A stretch of DNA of 64,000 bases from Phycisphaerae bacterium (GCA_963675745.2 CAXXWX010000026.1:288001-352000); one strand, 5' to 3'; shown: positions 1-10,204, numbered from the stretch's first letter. The notes: generated by a model from the sequence alone, not told the origin. Program-made: numbers and translations.

Positions 1-214
1 GCCCTTGGTCGTCGCCGATTTCGCCCGAGAACCCGCCGACCGTGAAGCGCCCGGCGAACGTCTCGTCACTCGACAGCACTGCGATCTTCGTATCGCCGGG
101 CAGGTAGCCGACATGATTCACGCGAATCCAGGCGTGCTGCGGCTCATCGGTGGCGATCGCCGGTGCAACGGCCCCCCCAAACACCAGCGCGAGCAGAATC
201 GAAATGCGCTTCAC
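1..214 (-). CDS. Secreted glycoside hydrolase, probably GH9 (N-terminal CelD-like Ig domain); runs off the window edge
   Basis: Not in the ORF track; translated by hand. GGAG RBS, GTG start, signal peptide MKRISILLALVFGGAVAPAIA, then WIRVNHVGYLPGDTKIAV, matching the IRVNQxGYLP-K-AV motif of GH9 N-terminal Ig domains. Confidence 0.7.
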   Translation of the reverse strand, partial: MKRISILLALVFGGAVAPAIATDEPQHAWIRVNHVGYLPGDTKIAVLSSDETFAGRFTVGGFSGEIGDDQG

Positions 215-469
215 GGCGGTCTCCAGTCAGGTGCGAAACACTGTCCGGCCAATAGCCAGCCATGTGTCGCGATGCCGCGTGAGAGTTCTCATCTATCGAG
301 CCTCGATCGGTTACCTTATCCGAACAACCGCGTGCCCCCAAGCAGGCAGCGCGGGATCTGGTAGGATGGCTGAAACTGGTCGATGCTCCACTGATCCTCG
401 TTCAGACAGGCTGGCGGAATGGTCATGGCGGGACTCACGTGCGGTGTGCGGATTGGGGGCTGGTGGGCG

Positions 470-2815
470 ATGCGCGCCGCGGTTGTCGCGGCGCTGACAT
501 TGCCGACTATCGCCGGATGCACGCCATTGCGCCATCAACAGCAGCGCGGGCGCTCTGAGGGTGCGGGTGTTCAAGCACGCGGCGGTGCGCGGCCACTCAC
601 TTGGGATGCCGCGGCTAATCGCGTCATCGGTCAGGCGGACATGTCGCACCCGTTCGCCAATCGCCCCGATGCGCGCGGGCTGTTTCGGCCGGTGGCGGTC
701 GCGGTAGATGCCAGCACGACGCCCTATCGACTGTGGGTCACCGACGCCGGCAACCACCGCGTGCTCGGCTATTCACAGCCCAGCCAGCCGGATCGGATGA
801 TCAGCGCAGACCTCCTGCTCGGCCAAGCCGACGCTCTCGGGGCGTTCAGTGATGAGACGGCGGCCGCGCGCGACAGGCTGCTCGACCCGAGCGGTCTGAC
901 TTCCGCGGGCACAGGCGACTTGTGGGTTGCCGATGCTGGTCACAATCGCGTTCTGCGCTTCAATCGACCATTCGAGACCGACGTGCTGGCCGACTACGTG
1001 TACGGGCAAGCAGGTTCGTTCGACACGCTCGGCGCAAATCAGGGAGGTCTCTCGGCCAATTCGCTAGCCGAGCCGCGCGGCATGTGCATTGCCCCCAACG
1101 GCGACAGATGGATCGCCGACACCGGCAATCATCGTGTGCTGCGTTATCACATGCACTCTGGCCGCACAACCACGGCGGCCAATGTAGTCGGGCAACCGGA
1201 CATGTGCTCCGGACAAAGCGACGCCGAGCGACCATCGCGCCTCACGCTGCACTACCCCGCGGCGGTCGCCGCCAGTGGTGAGTACCTTTACGTCGCCGAC
1301 ACTGGATATGCCCGCATGCTGGTCTACCAGGACGCACCCTTCACCCCACTTCCGACGCACGTATACGGTCAGAACGGTTTGTTCGATACGGCGGAAGTTG
1401 GTTGCTCACCGTATCGCCTCGCCGGCCCGACGGCGCTCGCCGCGCTGCCTGACGGCCGCTTTCTGGTGGCCGACACGCCCAACCACCGCGTGCTGCTGTT
1501 TGACCGGCCGGGCTCGCTGAATCAGCAACCATTGGCGCTGTGGGGCCAGGGTAGTGATCTGCACCGTGGCGTGCCCAATCGCGGCGGTGTGGGCGCGGGT
1601 TCGCTTCACTCACCCATGGGCATCGCCGTCGCCCCCGACAACACACTCTGGCTGGCCGATCGCGACAACAATCGCGTGCTGGGATTCCTCGGCGGCATCG
1701 ATGGCGACCGAGAGGCCGACATCGTCATCGGCCAGATGGACATGAACCACGCGACGCCCAATTTCGTTGACGGCCTCGGTTTGTCAGAGCCGCGCGATGT
1801 GGCGCTTGACCGCTCGAGCCGCCCCAATCGGCTTTACATCTGCGACCGCGACAACAACCGCATCCTCGCATACGCCAACGCGGCGGCTGCCGACCACGAC
1901 ACACCCGCCGACCTGGTTATCGGCCAGCCCGATGCACACTCGAATCAAGCCGGCGTCGGGAGGACCGCGCTTTGCCGACCGAACGCTCTGGCCGTGGACC
2001 ATGATGGCAATCTGTTCGTCGCGGACAGCGACAACAATCGCGTGCTGCGCTTCGATGATCCGTTTGGCACCGATGTCGTGGCCGACGGCATCCTTGGTCA
2101 ACCGACATACGATGACAACGCGCCAAATCCGGCGGGCGCAAGTGCGCGGACGCTGCACCGGCCCAGCGGGCTGGCTATCGACGCCGCCGGCAACCTCTAC
2201 GTGGCCGACACGCGCAACCATCGCGTGCTGCGGTTCGATCGGCCCGTCGTGTCGGACGATGTGGCTGATGCGGTCTGGGGGCAGGCGGGCCGATACGACA
2301 CCGGCCGCGAGAACGGTGGCGGCGGACCGCGCGCCGACACGTTCTCATACCCGATGGGGCTCGACATCGATGCCCGGGGGCGCCTGGCTGTTGCGGACAC
2401 GGCGAACCATCGCGTGTTGCTGTTTGACACGCGCGCGGCTGATCCGCTGACCGCCAGGCGCGTGATCGGCCAGGCCGGCGCGTTTGACCAGGCCCGCGAT
2501 AACCGAGGTGGCTGCTCGGCGGAGAGCCTCAGCGGGCCCGAAGACGTCCGGTTTGTCGCAGGTGGCCTGCTGGTGGCAGACACGGCCAATTGCCGCGTTC
2601 TCTACTACGCGAATCCGCTCAGAGACAATGTGGCGGCCGGCTTTGTCTTCGGGCAAGAGGGCCGCTTCGACCGTGGCAACCGACCGCTCAACGCCACAAA
2701 CGCGCATCGACTCTGGTTCCCGTCCGGCATGGACCTCGACACCGCCGGACGACTGTACGTAGCCGACCGCGGGCACAACCGCGTGCTGGTGTACGACGCT
2801 ATCGGGCGTCGATAG
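470..2815 (+). CDS. NHL-repeat beta-propeller lipoprotein
   Basis: 12 D-x-x-N-x-R-V-L-type NHL motifs, many followed by AD-x-V-x-GQ. Lipobox-like IAGC after a hydrophobic N-terminus when started at ATG 470. Confidence 0.85.
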   Translation: MRAAVVAALTLPTIAGCTPLRHQQQRGRSEGAGVQARGGARPLTWDAAANRVIGQADMSHPFANRPDARGLFRPVAVAVDASTTPYRLWVTDAGNHRVLGYSQPSQPDRMISADLLLGQADALGAFSDETAAARDRLLDPSGLTSAGTGDLWVADAGHNRVLRFNRPFETDVLADYVYGQAGSFDTLGANQGGLSANSLAEPRGMCIAPNGDRWIADTGNHRVLRYHMHSGRTTTAANVVGQPDMCSGQSDAERPSRLTLHYPAAVAASGEYLYVADTGYARMLVYQDAPFTPLPTHVYGQNGLFDTAEVGCSPYRLAGPTALAALPDGRFLVADTPNHRVLLFDRPGSLNQQPLALWGQGSDLHRGVPNRGGVGAGSLHSPMGIAVAPDNTLWLADRDNNRVLGFLGGIDGDREADIVIGQMDMNHATPNFVDGLGLSEPRDVALDRSSRPNRLYICDRDNNRILAYANAAAADHDTPADLVIGQPDAHSNQAGVGRTALCRPNALAVDHDGNLFVADSDNNRVLRFDDPFGTDVVADGILGQPTYDDNAPNPAGASARTLHRPSGLAIDAAGNLYVADTRNHRVLRFDRPVVSDDVADAVWGQAGRYDTGRENGGGGPRADTFSYPMGLDIDARGRLAVADTANHRVLLFDTRAADPLTARRVIGQAGAFDQARDNRGGCSAESLSGPEDVRFVAGGLLVADTANCRVLYYANPLRDNVAAGFVFGQEGRFDRGNRPLNATNAHRLWFPSGMDLDTAGRLYVADRGHNRVLVYDAIGRR

Positions 2816-2830
2816 CTGCCATCCCCGAGT

Positions 2831-2924
2831 TGTGGCACTGGTTTATAACCAGTGGGGGGCCCCACCGGTGTGGCACTGGTTTATAACCAGTGGTGGGCTC
2901 CACCGGTTTCAAACCGGTGCCACA
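2831..2924. repeat. REP-like palindrome cluster (three 24-bp units)
   Basis: TGTGGCACTGGTTTATAACCAGTG at 2831-2854 and 2869-2892 (identical), plus an inverted variant CACCGGTTTCAAACCGGTGCCACA at 2901-2924. Each unit is itself a hairpin. Confidence 0.8.
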
Positions 2925-3035
2925 GGGCTTTGCAGACAGCTTCTGAACACCTACGGGCGCAGGCCGTCACGTGGTCCGCCACGTCGGGCCCGTGACAGCA
3001 TCGGCGGCGCAACCGCCCGATCCTGCCGCGTGGTC

Positions 3036-3220
3036 TGCCCCGCAGGGGCATCTGAATATAGCCCAGCACGCAGTGCTGGGATCGGTTGCCGGCGCGAACA
3101 ATCCAGTCCCGCCAGGGACGACTGAGCCTTCAGCCGTCCCTGACGGGACTGCCTCCGTCGGTGGCCACGATGACCCCAGCACTTCGTACCGGGCTATGTT
3201 CATTCTGTCACTGCGGGACG
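3036..3220. repeat. Nested palindromic REPIN/MITE-like element (~185 bp)
   Basis: Arms 3036-3080 and 3175-3220 are imperfect reverse complements. Central hairpin CAGTCCCGCCAGGGACGACTGA-gcct-TCAGCCGTCCCTGACGGGACTG at about 3104-3151. Confidence 0.7.
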
Positions 3221-3365
3221 CCCACCGCGACGAATCCGCCATTCGTGTCACGCACCCCGCCGCGCCAGGAGCGGATCGCGGGCGTTTATCCCGCGTGTCG
3301 ATTCAGTTACACTGGAGACTGGTGCACAGAGGCACATCTACCCCCGCCCAGGAGGTGATCGAAGC

Positions 3366-6044
3366 ATGGCTACTCGTCTACCCGGAATCCCAAGCACCGT
3401 TCTTGTAATCACGCTGAGCGGATTACTGGCCACCGGCACCGCGCCGTCGCTCGCCGACCCCGGCTACTCGGATCAACTCGCGGTCCCGCAGATTGTCCAT
3501 CCGGATCGCCTGGAGTTGGAGAGCGCGTTCGCGCAGGCGGCGGATGACTACGGCGTACCGGTCGAGCTCTTGCACGCCGTCGCGTTTGTCGAGTCCCGCT
3601 GGGTACACAGCGGCCCGACCATCGACCAGGGCTACGGCATCATGCACCTGGTCGACAACGGCACCGCACGCACGCTGCTCGAAGCCGCCGACGTCTCAGG
3701 ATATTCGGTTGAGGCACTCCAGACCGACGCGATTGCAAACATCCACGGCGGTGCCGCCCTGATTGCACACTACGCCGACGAGACGGTTGGCAAGCCCACG
3801 TCGTTGGAAGACTACTGGGACGCCCTCCTGCTGTTCACGGGCCTTGACGAAGACGTGCGCGAAAAGCAGGTCGCCGAGTACTACTACGTGCTCGCCGATG
3901 GCGCCAAGGCGCGCAACAGCCTGGGCATGACGATCGAGCTACCGGCGGTCGATGAGCTGATCGATATCAGCGATCGCCTCACGCCGGTGGTACCGGCGCG
4001 CTCGACCGACTACCCCCCCGCCATCTGGGATCCCGCGCACTCGTCCAATTACTCCACCGGGCGTTCGGCGGCCATCGACCGTTGGGTCAACCACTGGGTC
4101 GGCGTCGGCACATACGCCGGGGCGATCTCGTGGTTCAAGAACGCCAGCTCAAACGTCAGCGCCCACTTCGTGATTCGTCAGGTCGATGGTGAATTGACCC
4201 AGATGGTGAGAATCGCCGACACCGCCTGGCACTGCGGCTCGTGGAATTCGCGCTCGATCGGCATCGAGCACGAGGCCACGCCGGACTACCCCTGGCCCAC
4301 CAGCTACTCGGCACCGATGCTGGTCGAGTCGGCGACGTGTTGTGCGTACTTCTGCGACCTTTACGGCATCCCGAAGACGCGCACCTACATCGTCGGTCAC
4401 AACGAGGTGCCGGGATCATCGACCGCCTGCCCCGGGCCGTTGCCGTGGGATATTTACATGGACCTGGTCAATGGTATCACGCCGGGACCGCAGTTCACGA
4501 ACGCCTTGGCCAACGGCGGATTCGAAAGCGGCTTCACCAGTTGGGTTGAAGGCGGGAACACCACGTATCAAATCCTGACCAGCGGGGCCCATGGCGGCAG
4601 CCAGGCCTGCCGCTTCTATGACAGCAGCGCCGGATACGCCACCATCTGGCAGAACCCGTATGAATCTTCCGGCACGACCTGGCGTACCACCTGCTGGGCC
4701 TACTATCAGCCCGGTATGACCAGTACGGAGTTTGGATTCAAGGATCAGTCAGGCAACACGGAAGCCTCAACACCGATCACATCCACCGGCTGGCAGTTCT
4801 ACTCGGTGGACTGGCTGGTGGCCGACGACATTGACACGCAGGCCTGGGGCACCGGGTCGGCCGGCGTCGTGATTGACGATGTACGCTGCGGCCCCGCCAG
4901 CAAGATGAACTGGATCACCAACTGGATCTGGAACGGCCCACACGCCGCGGATATTGAAACCGACTATTTCGCCGGCGATGGCGGCGAAACCAACATCTAC
5001 CCCGACCCCGGCGACTCGCACGGCGGATATACCTGGACAACACTCTCACAACCCGACGGCTTCATCAATCTCGACGAGGCCCTGGGCGGTGATGCGAGTT
5101 CGTGCGTCACGTATGCCCATGTCTACGTCATCGCCGACACGGCCAAGACCGGCGTCAATCTGCTGGTCGGGGCCGACGACGGCATAAAGGTGTTTCTCAA
5201 TGGCGTCGCCGTCCACACCAACGACGCCGCCAGCTCTCATGACTACTTCAACCCCGACGAAGACGTGATCAGCGGCCTGACGCTCAACGCCGGCGAGAAC
5301 CGGCTGATGATCAAGGTGCGCGAAGCGACCGGCAGCTACTCCTTCTCGGCGCGGTTGTGCGACAACGACGGCTTCGCGATCAGCGGCCTGTCTTACTCCG
5401 TCACCGGCAGCGGCGCCCCCGTGTCGGATATCATCGTCGAGAGCCGCTCCGGCGGGCAGAACTACGCCTGGTACTCGGAAGAAGGCGAGTGGGCCGACAG
5501 CGCCGCCACTAGCTCCGCGGCTGGAATAACGCCCGGCATCGGCGCGCGTTACGGCTCAACCTATCGCTCTGTCGCGGGTTTGAAGCGCGCGTATTACGAG
5601 CCAGACATCGGCGTCGCCGGCACGTGGCAGGTCTATGTCACGTGGCCGGCCGGAGCGAACCGCCGCAGCCCGATTCTCCACCGCATCTACCACGCCGACG
5701 GTTACGCCGACCACAACGTGGACCAATCGGTGAATGAAAACACGTGGTATTCGCTGGGCACGTACAGCTTCGGCTCGGGCTTTGGGGCGGCGGTGCGAAT
5801 CTCGAACGACAACATCGACGAGTCCGGCAGCATGTACACATCCGCCGTCAAGTATGTGTTCGTGATGGCCGACGCGCTCGCGGATTTCCACGCTTTCGCT
5901 ACCGCCATGGCCGGCCCCGATGTGCTGACGCCGCCGGCAAACTGCGGCGAGGTTCAGTTCGTCGAGTCAGACGAAGACAGCGATGGCGACGTGGATACCA
6001 CCGATTTCGCCGTCTTTCAGGCCGAGTTCAGCCCCGGCGAGTGA
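3366..6044 (+). CDS. Secreted multidomain peptidoglycan hydrolase: SLT/lysozyme-like + N-acetylmuramoyl-L-alanine amidase (Amidase_2) + CBM-like + beta-sandwich + golvesin-like + dockerin-like tail
   Basis: Signal peptide; YGVPVELLHAVAFVESRW (SLT-like); amidase motifs VSAHF, AWHCG, SIGIEHE, GHNEV...TACPG; NGGFESG; GADDGIKVFLNG; C-terminal DEDSDGDVDTTDFAVFQ. Confidence 0.85.
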   Translation: MATRLPGIPSTVLVITLSGLLATGTAPSLADPGYSDQLAVPQIVHPDRLELESAFAQAADDYGVPVELLHAVAFVESRWVHSGPTIDQGYGIMHLVDNGTARTLLEAADVSGYSVEALQTDAIANIHGGAALIAHYADETVGKPTSLEDYWDALLLFTGLDEDVREKQVAEYYYVLADGAKARNSLGMTIELPAVDELIDISDRLTPVVPARSTDYPPAIWDPAHSSNYSTGRSAAIDRWVNHWVGVGTYAGAISWFKNASSNVSAHFVIRQVDGELTQMVRIADTAWHCGSWNSRSIGIEHEATPDYPWPTSYSAPMLVESATCCAYFCDLYGIPKTRTYIVGHNEVPGSSTACPGPLPWDIYMDLVNGITPGPQFTNALANGGFESGFTSWVEGGNTTYQILTSGAHGGSQACRFYDSSAGYATIWQNPYESSGTTWRTTCWAYYQPGMTSTEFGFKDQSGNTEASTPITSTGWQFYSVDWLVADDIDTQAWGTGSAGVVIDDVRCGPASKMNWITNWIWNGPHAADIETDYFAGDGGETNIYPDPGDSHGGYTWTTLSQPDGFINLDEALGGDASSCVTYAHVYVIADTAKTGVNLLVGADDGIKVFLNGVAVHTNDAASSHDYFNPDEDVISGLTLNAGENRLMIKVREATGSYSFSARLCDNDGFAISGLSYSVTGSGAPVSDIIVESRSGGQNYAWYSEEGEWADSAATSSAAGITPGIGARYGSTYRSVAGLKRAYYEPDIGVAGTWQVYVTWPAGANRRSPILHRIYHADGYADHNVDQSVNENTWYSLGTYSFGSGFGAAVRISNDNIDESGSMYTSAVKYVFVMADALADFHAFATAMAGPDVLTPPANCGEVQFVESDEDSDGDVDTTDFAVFQAEFSPGE

Positions 6045-6088
6045 CTTGGCGCCACCCGCGCATGGTGAGCCAGCGAGCGGCGTTCCCA

Positions 6089-7154
6089 TCAGGAGCCGGT
6101 GAATAAATGTTGAAACTCCGCGACGTCGGCAATGTCGGCGTCGCCGTCCGCCAGCAGGTCCGCGCTCTCACAGCCGGGTGCGGGGACCACGTCCGGCCCC
6201 GCCAGACAATCCGCCAGAATCGCGAAGTCATCGCCGTCCATGTCTCCATCGCTGTCCAGGTCGCCGGGTTCGGGGACGCGCTCGTAGTAGTAGATGGGCT
6301 GGGATGAGCCTTCGCTAACGGTGTAATAGCCGCGGCCCAGGCCGTGAAAGCCGATGGCCTCGCCCTGCGGTTCGGTAGCCAGCGGGACATCAAACGCGGT
6401 CTGGGCGAACGCATCCCACAAGTCGGTCCCCGGCGGGCGGCGCCAGAGTGACGCGTTGTTGTAGCCGCGCACCAGGATCTCGCCGCCGTTCGGCGAAATA
6501 TCTCCGCCGGTAGCCCAGCCCCACGGCAGCGACGCGCGATACTCCATCACGATCGTCTGGCTGGTTGATTGCGGGTACGCCGCGCGATACAGCCGTGACG
6601 GCGTCTCGCGTTTGCTGACGATGTACAAATCCGCGGTCGCCGGATCGACGAACAGCGTCTCGGCGTCGCGCGGACCGTCCGGGTACTGGAGCGTGATTGT
6701 GGCCACGCCCGACAGGTTGACGTTTACGGGCGTCTGTGACGAGACTGACCGCCGGCTCGGGCACGCGGTATACGCGGATGGTGGAGCGCACGGCGTTGTT
6801 GTCGCCGATGTCCCCGAGACATAAGTACGATTGCTCCGCCACCGGTCCCGGTCCAATCGCCATATCCTCCCAATCGGTGGCTGACGCGCCGATGAGGTTG
6901 TAGCTGCCCAGGTGCGTGCCCTGTTCGTTCATCGCGAAGACGCGCGCCGAGTCGCCGGAATCGTTGTGGACCCACAATACGCCGGGGTTCGCCCGGCTGG
7001 CGGCCAGTCCGGACGCCTCGTTGATGGAAGCATGCTCGATCGTGCCAACCTGCTGCGCGGGCAGGAATTGCGGCCCCTGTCCGGCGGCTCGCCCCAGCGT
7101 GCCACCAGCCACCAGGATCGTCGCCAGAATCACCATCCGCGCAGTGTGTCGCAT
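6089..7154 (-). pseudogene. Secreted beta-propeller protein with dockerin-like tail, split by a +1 frameshift near 6745 (pseudogene or sequencing error)
   Basis: The N-terminal half (signal peptide, EASGLAAS, HNDSG, DWEDMA, GDIGDN) lies in ORF 6390..7232. The C-terminal half (YPDGPRDAETL, QGEAI, GDLDSDGDMD) lies in ORF 6089..6856. Removing one base after ...PEPAVS joins them. Confidence 0.8.
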
Positions 7155-7327
7155 GGCGTCTTCCCAGCCTCCGCCGATGCTCGCCGAGAGCGCGAAAGAG
7201 CGCCCCGTGCGGCCGCTCACGCCGGCAAGCACACTAATTATACCGAGCTCACCGGGCTGGAGCGTAGTCCGGCGTTGTCACCGCCGCCTCGGCGGGCGGC
7301 TGTTTTAACGGATCGTGCGACACGTGC

Positions 7328-7768
7328 TCACGAAGGCAGCGGCTTTTTGACCATGAACTTGGCGGTCGCCGTAACCCGCACCTGGTCTGCCTGCCGCAGT
7401 TCAGCACGCATGGTAAACAGCGTCCGCTGCGCGCGCTCAATCCAGGCGCGCAACGTACACGCTTCACAACTCGTCACCGGGTGCCGGTAGCGCAAGCGCA
7501 GATCGGCGGTGACGCCGCAATGGCCCTGGGCGAACAGGCAGTTGGTCATGGCCGCATCCAGCAGCGTGGCGATGATGCCGCCGTGCAGCATGCCGTCATA
7601 GCCCTCCAGCGATGGGTCGGGTTGGAAGGTCGTCTGTACGCCGCCGTCGGAGGTCGACATGAAGCGCAGTCGCGGCGCGTGGCCGTTTGTGGTTCCGCAT
7701 GCGATGCAGTGAGCGTGTGCATCCCGGCGTGTGCGGTCAAGACGCTCCTGCAGAGCCTCAATGGTCAC
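7328..7768 (-). CDS. PaaI-family hot-dog fold thioesterase
   Basis: HxxCIACG N-terminal motif; GYDGMLHGGIIATLLDAAM; TADLRLRYRHPV. Start uncertain (GTG 7768). Confidence 0.85.
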   Translation of the reverse strand: MTIEALQERLDRTRRDAHAHCIACGTTNGHAPRLRFMSTSDGGVQTTFQPDPSLEGYDGMLHGGIIATLLDAAMTNCLFAQGHCGVTADLRLRYRHPVTSCEACTLRAWIERAQRTLFTMRAELRQADQVRVTATAKFMVKKPLPS

Positions 7769-8096
7769 AGGGATTCGCTCCCGCCTGAAGCGTACCGTCG
7801 AGAAACCCCGCGACAACGGCGTCCGCTGCGTCGGGCGGGGCGCCGATCACGACACGGATGCCGTGCTGCGTAAAGAGGTCCTGGGCACGGCGTCCCATGC
7901 CGCCGGCGATGATGACGTTCGCGCCTTGCTCGTGCAGCCAGCGTGGCAACAGCCCCGGTTCGTGGGGTGGTGCCGGCAGCGTCGTCTTGGCCTCAGTCGT
8001 CTTTCCGGATTCATCCACCTCGTAAAGGGCAAACTCCGTGCAATGGCCGAAGTGCGCGCTGACACATCCGTTGTCGATGGGGACTGCAATCTTCAT
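7758..8096 (-). CDS. NifB/NifX-family (FeMo-cofactor-binding-like) protein
   Basis: MKIAVP...VSAHFGHC...HEPGLLPRWL...IIAGGMG...NPCDH. Confidence 0.9.
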   Translation of the reverse strand: MKIAVPIDNGCVSAHFGHCTEFALYEVDESGKTTEAKTTLPAPPHEPGLLPRWLHEQGANVIIAGGMGRRAQDLFTQHGIRVVIGAPPDAADAVVAGFLDGTLQAGANPCDH

Positions 8097-8276
8097 GTGT
8101 GACTTCTCCACATTCAAGAAAGTGGTCGAAACAGCACCATGGTGAAACAACGTCTACTGCGAATCACGTCTACGCGTAGCGTCCGACCCCCGAGTCGGAC
8201 GTGTTTAGCCAGCCGGCATTCTCTCAAGGTCACGGCCGACTCGGGGATCGGCCACTACGCTATAAGGCAAAGCGCT

Positions 8277-9188
8277 CTATCGGGGCTCGACTCCGACGGC
8301 GGCCGATTGCAACAGCGGTTCCACTGTCCGCCAGACAGCACGGACGTCTGACGCCGCGCCGTTGGACGCAAATTCCACGAGCGATAGCTGAGCGAACTGG
8401 GCCTGGGTGACAGCTTGATCGTAGCGCACGCGGCCCGCTATCGCGATTCCGCGGTCCTGAGCGAAAGCCTCAATCTTCCGGGTCATATCGGCGTTCAGAT
8501 CCCACTTGTTCGTGCAGATGGCGGTTGGCACGCGGAAGTGGGCGGTGACCTGGGTGACACGTTCCAGATCGTGCAACCCGCTGATCGTCGGCTCCGAGAC
8601 CACGAGCGCCAAATCGACACCGGTGATCGAAGCAATGACCGGGCAACCCAGGCCCGGCGAGCCGTCGATCAGAACGAGATTCTTGCCATCTGCCTTGGCC
8701 ACGGCGCGGGCGTTGTCGCGCACCAGACTCACCAGCTTACCGCTGTTCTCGGCCGCGGGCTTCAGGCTGGCGTGGACCATCGGCCCCAGACGCGTTTTTG
8801 AGACAAACCACTCGCCGCACTCGCGCTCTTCAAAGTCAATCGCGAACTGCGGGCAGTATCGCACACAAGCGCCGCAACCTTCGCAGGCCGCCGGGTCAAT
8901 CGCGTACGTCACCAACCCACCCGGCGGCTCCGAGCGCCGGATTGCGTCGAAGCGGCAAAGCCCCGCACACACGCCGCACGCGTTGCAGTCCTCAGCCCGG
9001 ATGCGCGCCTCATGACCGCTACAGAACGTCTCGTGACGTTCGATCTGCGGGCTAAGCACGAGGTGCAGATCGGCGGCGTCGACATCGCAGTCGGCCACGA
9101 CAACGCTGTCGGCGAGAGCCGCAAATGCGGCAGCCACACTGGTCTTGCCCGTGCCGCCCTTACCGCTGATGATGACCAGCTCTTTCAT
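8277..9188 (-). CDS. MinD-superfamily P-loop ATPase with inserted 2x[4Fe-4S] ferredoxin (COG1149-like)
   Basis: SGKGGTGKT; DCDVDAADLH; CNACGVCAGLC and CEGCGACVRYC; ENSGKLV; DGSPGLGCPV. Confidence 0.9.
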   Translation of the reverse strand: MKELVIISGKGGTGKTSVAAAFAALADSVVVADCDVDAADLHLVLSPQIERHETFCSGHEARIRAEDCNACGVCAGLCRFDAIRRSEPPGGLVTYAIDPAACEGCGACVRYCPQFAIDFEERECGEWFVSKTRLGPMVHASLKPAAENSGKLVSLVRDNARAVAKADGKNLVLIDGSPGLGCPVIASITGVDLALVVSEPTISGLHDLERVTQVTAHFRVPTAICTNKWDLNADMTRKIEAFAQDRGIAIAGRVRYDQAVTQAQFAQLSLVEFASNGAASDVRAVWRTVEPLLQSAAVGVEPR

Positions 9189-9226
9189 ACTGCTCCCACT
9201 TGCTCGGCGCAAACACGGCGCTGTTG

Positions 9227-10204
9227 CTAGACGGTACAATCCACATGCTGATAGTAAGCCCGCTCACCGTGCCGCCGCGCGATGATCGTTCCGGCGCGCA
9301 GCAGCTTCTCAACGTGCTTCGCGGCCTCCAATCGGTGAACACCCAGACCGGCCGCCAGGTCTTCGAGCGTGCACGGTCGGCGTCGCAACAGCGCGACAAT
9401 CTCGCTGGGCCCCGGGGCGCCACCCTTCTGTAACTCCCCTGGCGGGCGGCGCGCAATCACTTCGGCCCCGCCGCCCAGAACCTGTGCGGCTCGCGCGAGT
9501 TCGTCGGCCGATGCCGGCTGAACGCCCGGCTCGCTGGGCGGACGCGTAGCACTATTCAACTGGACTCGGTCGGGTGCAATGCGCCGCACAAGCTCTCTGA
9601 TCGTCGCGGTCTGATCATCGGTCGCGGTCAGCCCGCCAAGCAGAAGAACCTCGAGCCAGAGCTGGCCCGCAAAACGCCGACGAAAACTGACAAAGCCGTC
9701 AGCAACCTGCTCGAATCGAAGTTGCGGATGCGGCCGATTCACGCGCTGGAACATTTCGTCGTCGCCCGCGTCAATCGACGGCATGACCAGGTCGGCTTCC
9801 AGCAGATCAGCCTGCACATCCTCACGCCACAGCAACGAACCGTTCGTCAGCACCGCCACAGGACGATCGGTCAAAAGCCTGATTCTCCGAATCAAGACCC
9901 CCAACCCCGCATGCAGCGTGGGCTCTCCTGAGCCGGAGAGCGTGATGTAGTCCGGCGCGGGCCGCGTCGCGAGCTTGTCTTCGAGTTCCCGTAGCACGTC
10001 GGCCGGCGGCGCGTATGGACCGCGGTCAAGTGTCAGGTTGGTCGTCCGCCCCAACTGGCAGTAGATGCAATCGTACGTACACGTCTTGTGCGGAACGAGA
10101 TCGACACCCAGCGATCGCCCCAATCGCCGCGATGGCACGGGACCAAAGACGTAGCGGGCTGTGTCGGTCGCGCGCAATCTACTCTCCGCAGGGGGGGCTG
10201 TCAC
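9227..10204 (-). CDS. Radical SAM Fe-S oxidoreductase (COG0731-like)
   Basis: FGPVPSRRLGRSLGVD; CTYDCIYC (CxxxCxxC); SGSGEPTL; C-terminal HTH-like LLRRRPCT. Start uncertain. Confidence 0.9.
   Translation of the reverse strand: MTAPPAESRLRATDTARYVFGPVPSRRLGRSLGVDLVPHKTCTYDCIYCQLGRTTNLTLDRGPYAPPADVLRELEDKLATRPAPDYITLSGSGEPTLHAGLGVLIRRIRLLTDRPVAVLTNGSLLWREDVQADLLEADLVMPSIDAGDDEMFQRVNRPHPQLRFEQVADGFVSFRRRFAGQLWLEVLLLGGLTATDDQTATIRELVRRIAPDRVQLNSATRPPSEPGVQPASADELARAAQVLGGGAEVIARRPPGELQKGGAPGPSEIVALLRRRPCTLEDLAAGLGVHRLEAAKHVEKLLRAGTIIARRHGERAYYQHVDCTV

Noticed and set aside
2831..2924. CRISPR array
   Set aside because: Only two direct copies with a 14-bp spacer, the third copy is inverted, and there are no cas genes. 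It fits REP-like palindromes better.
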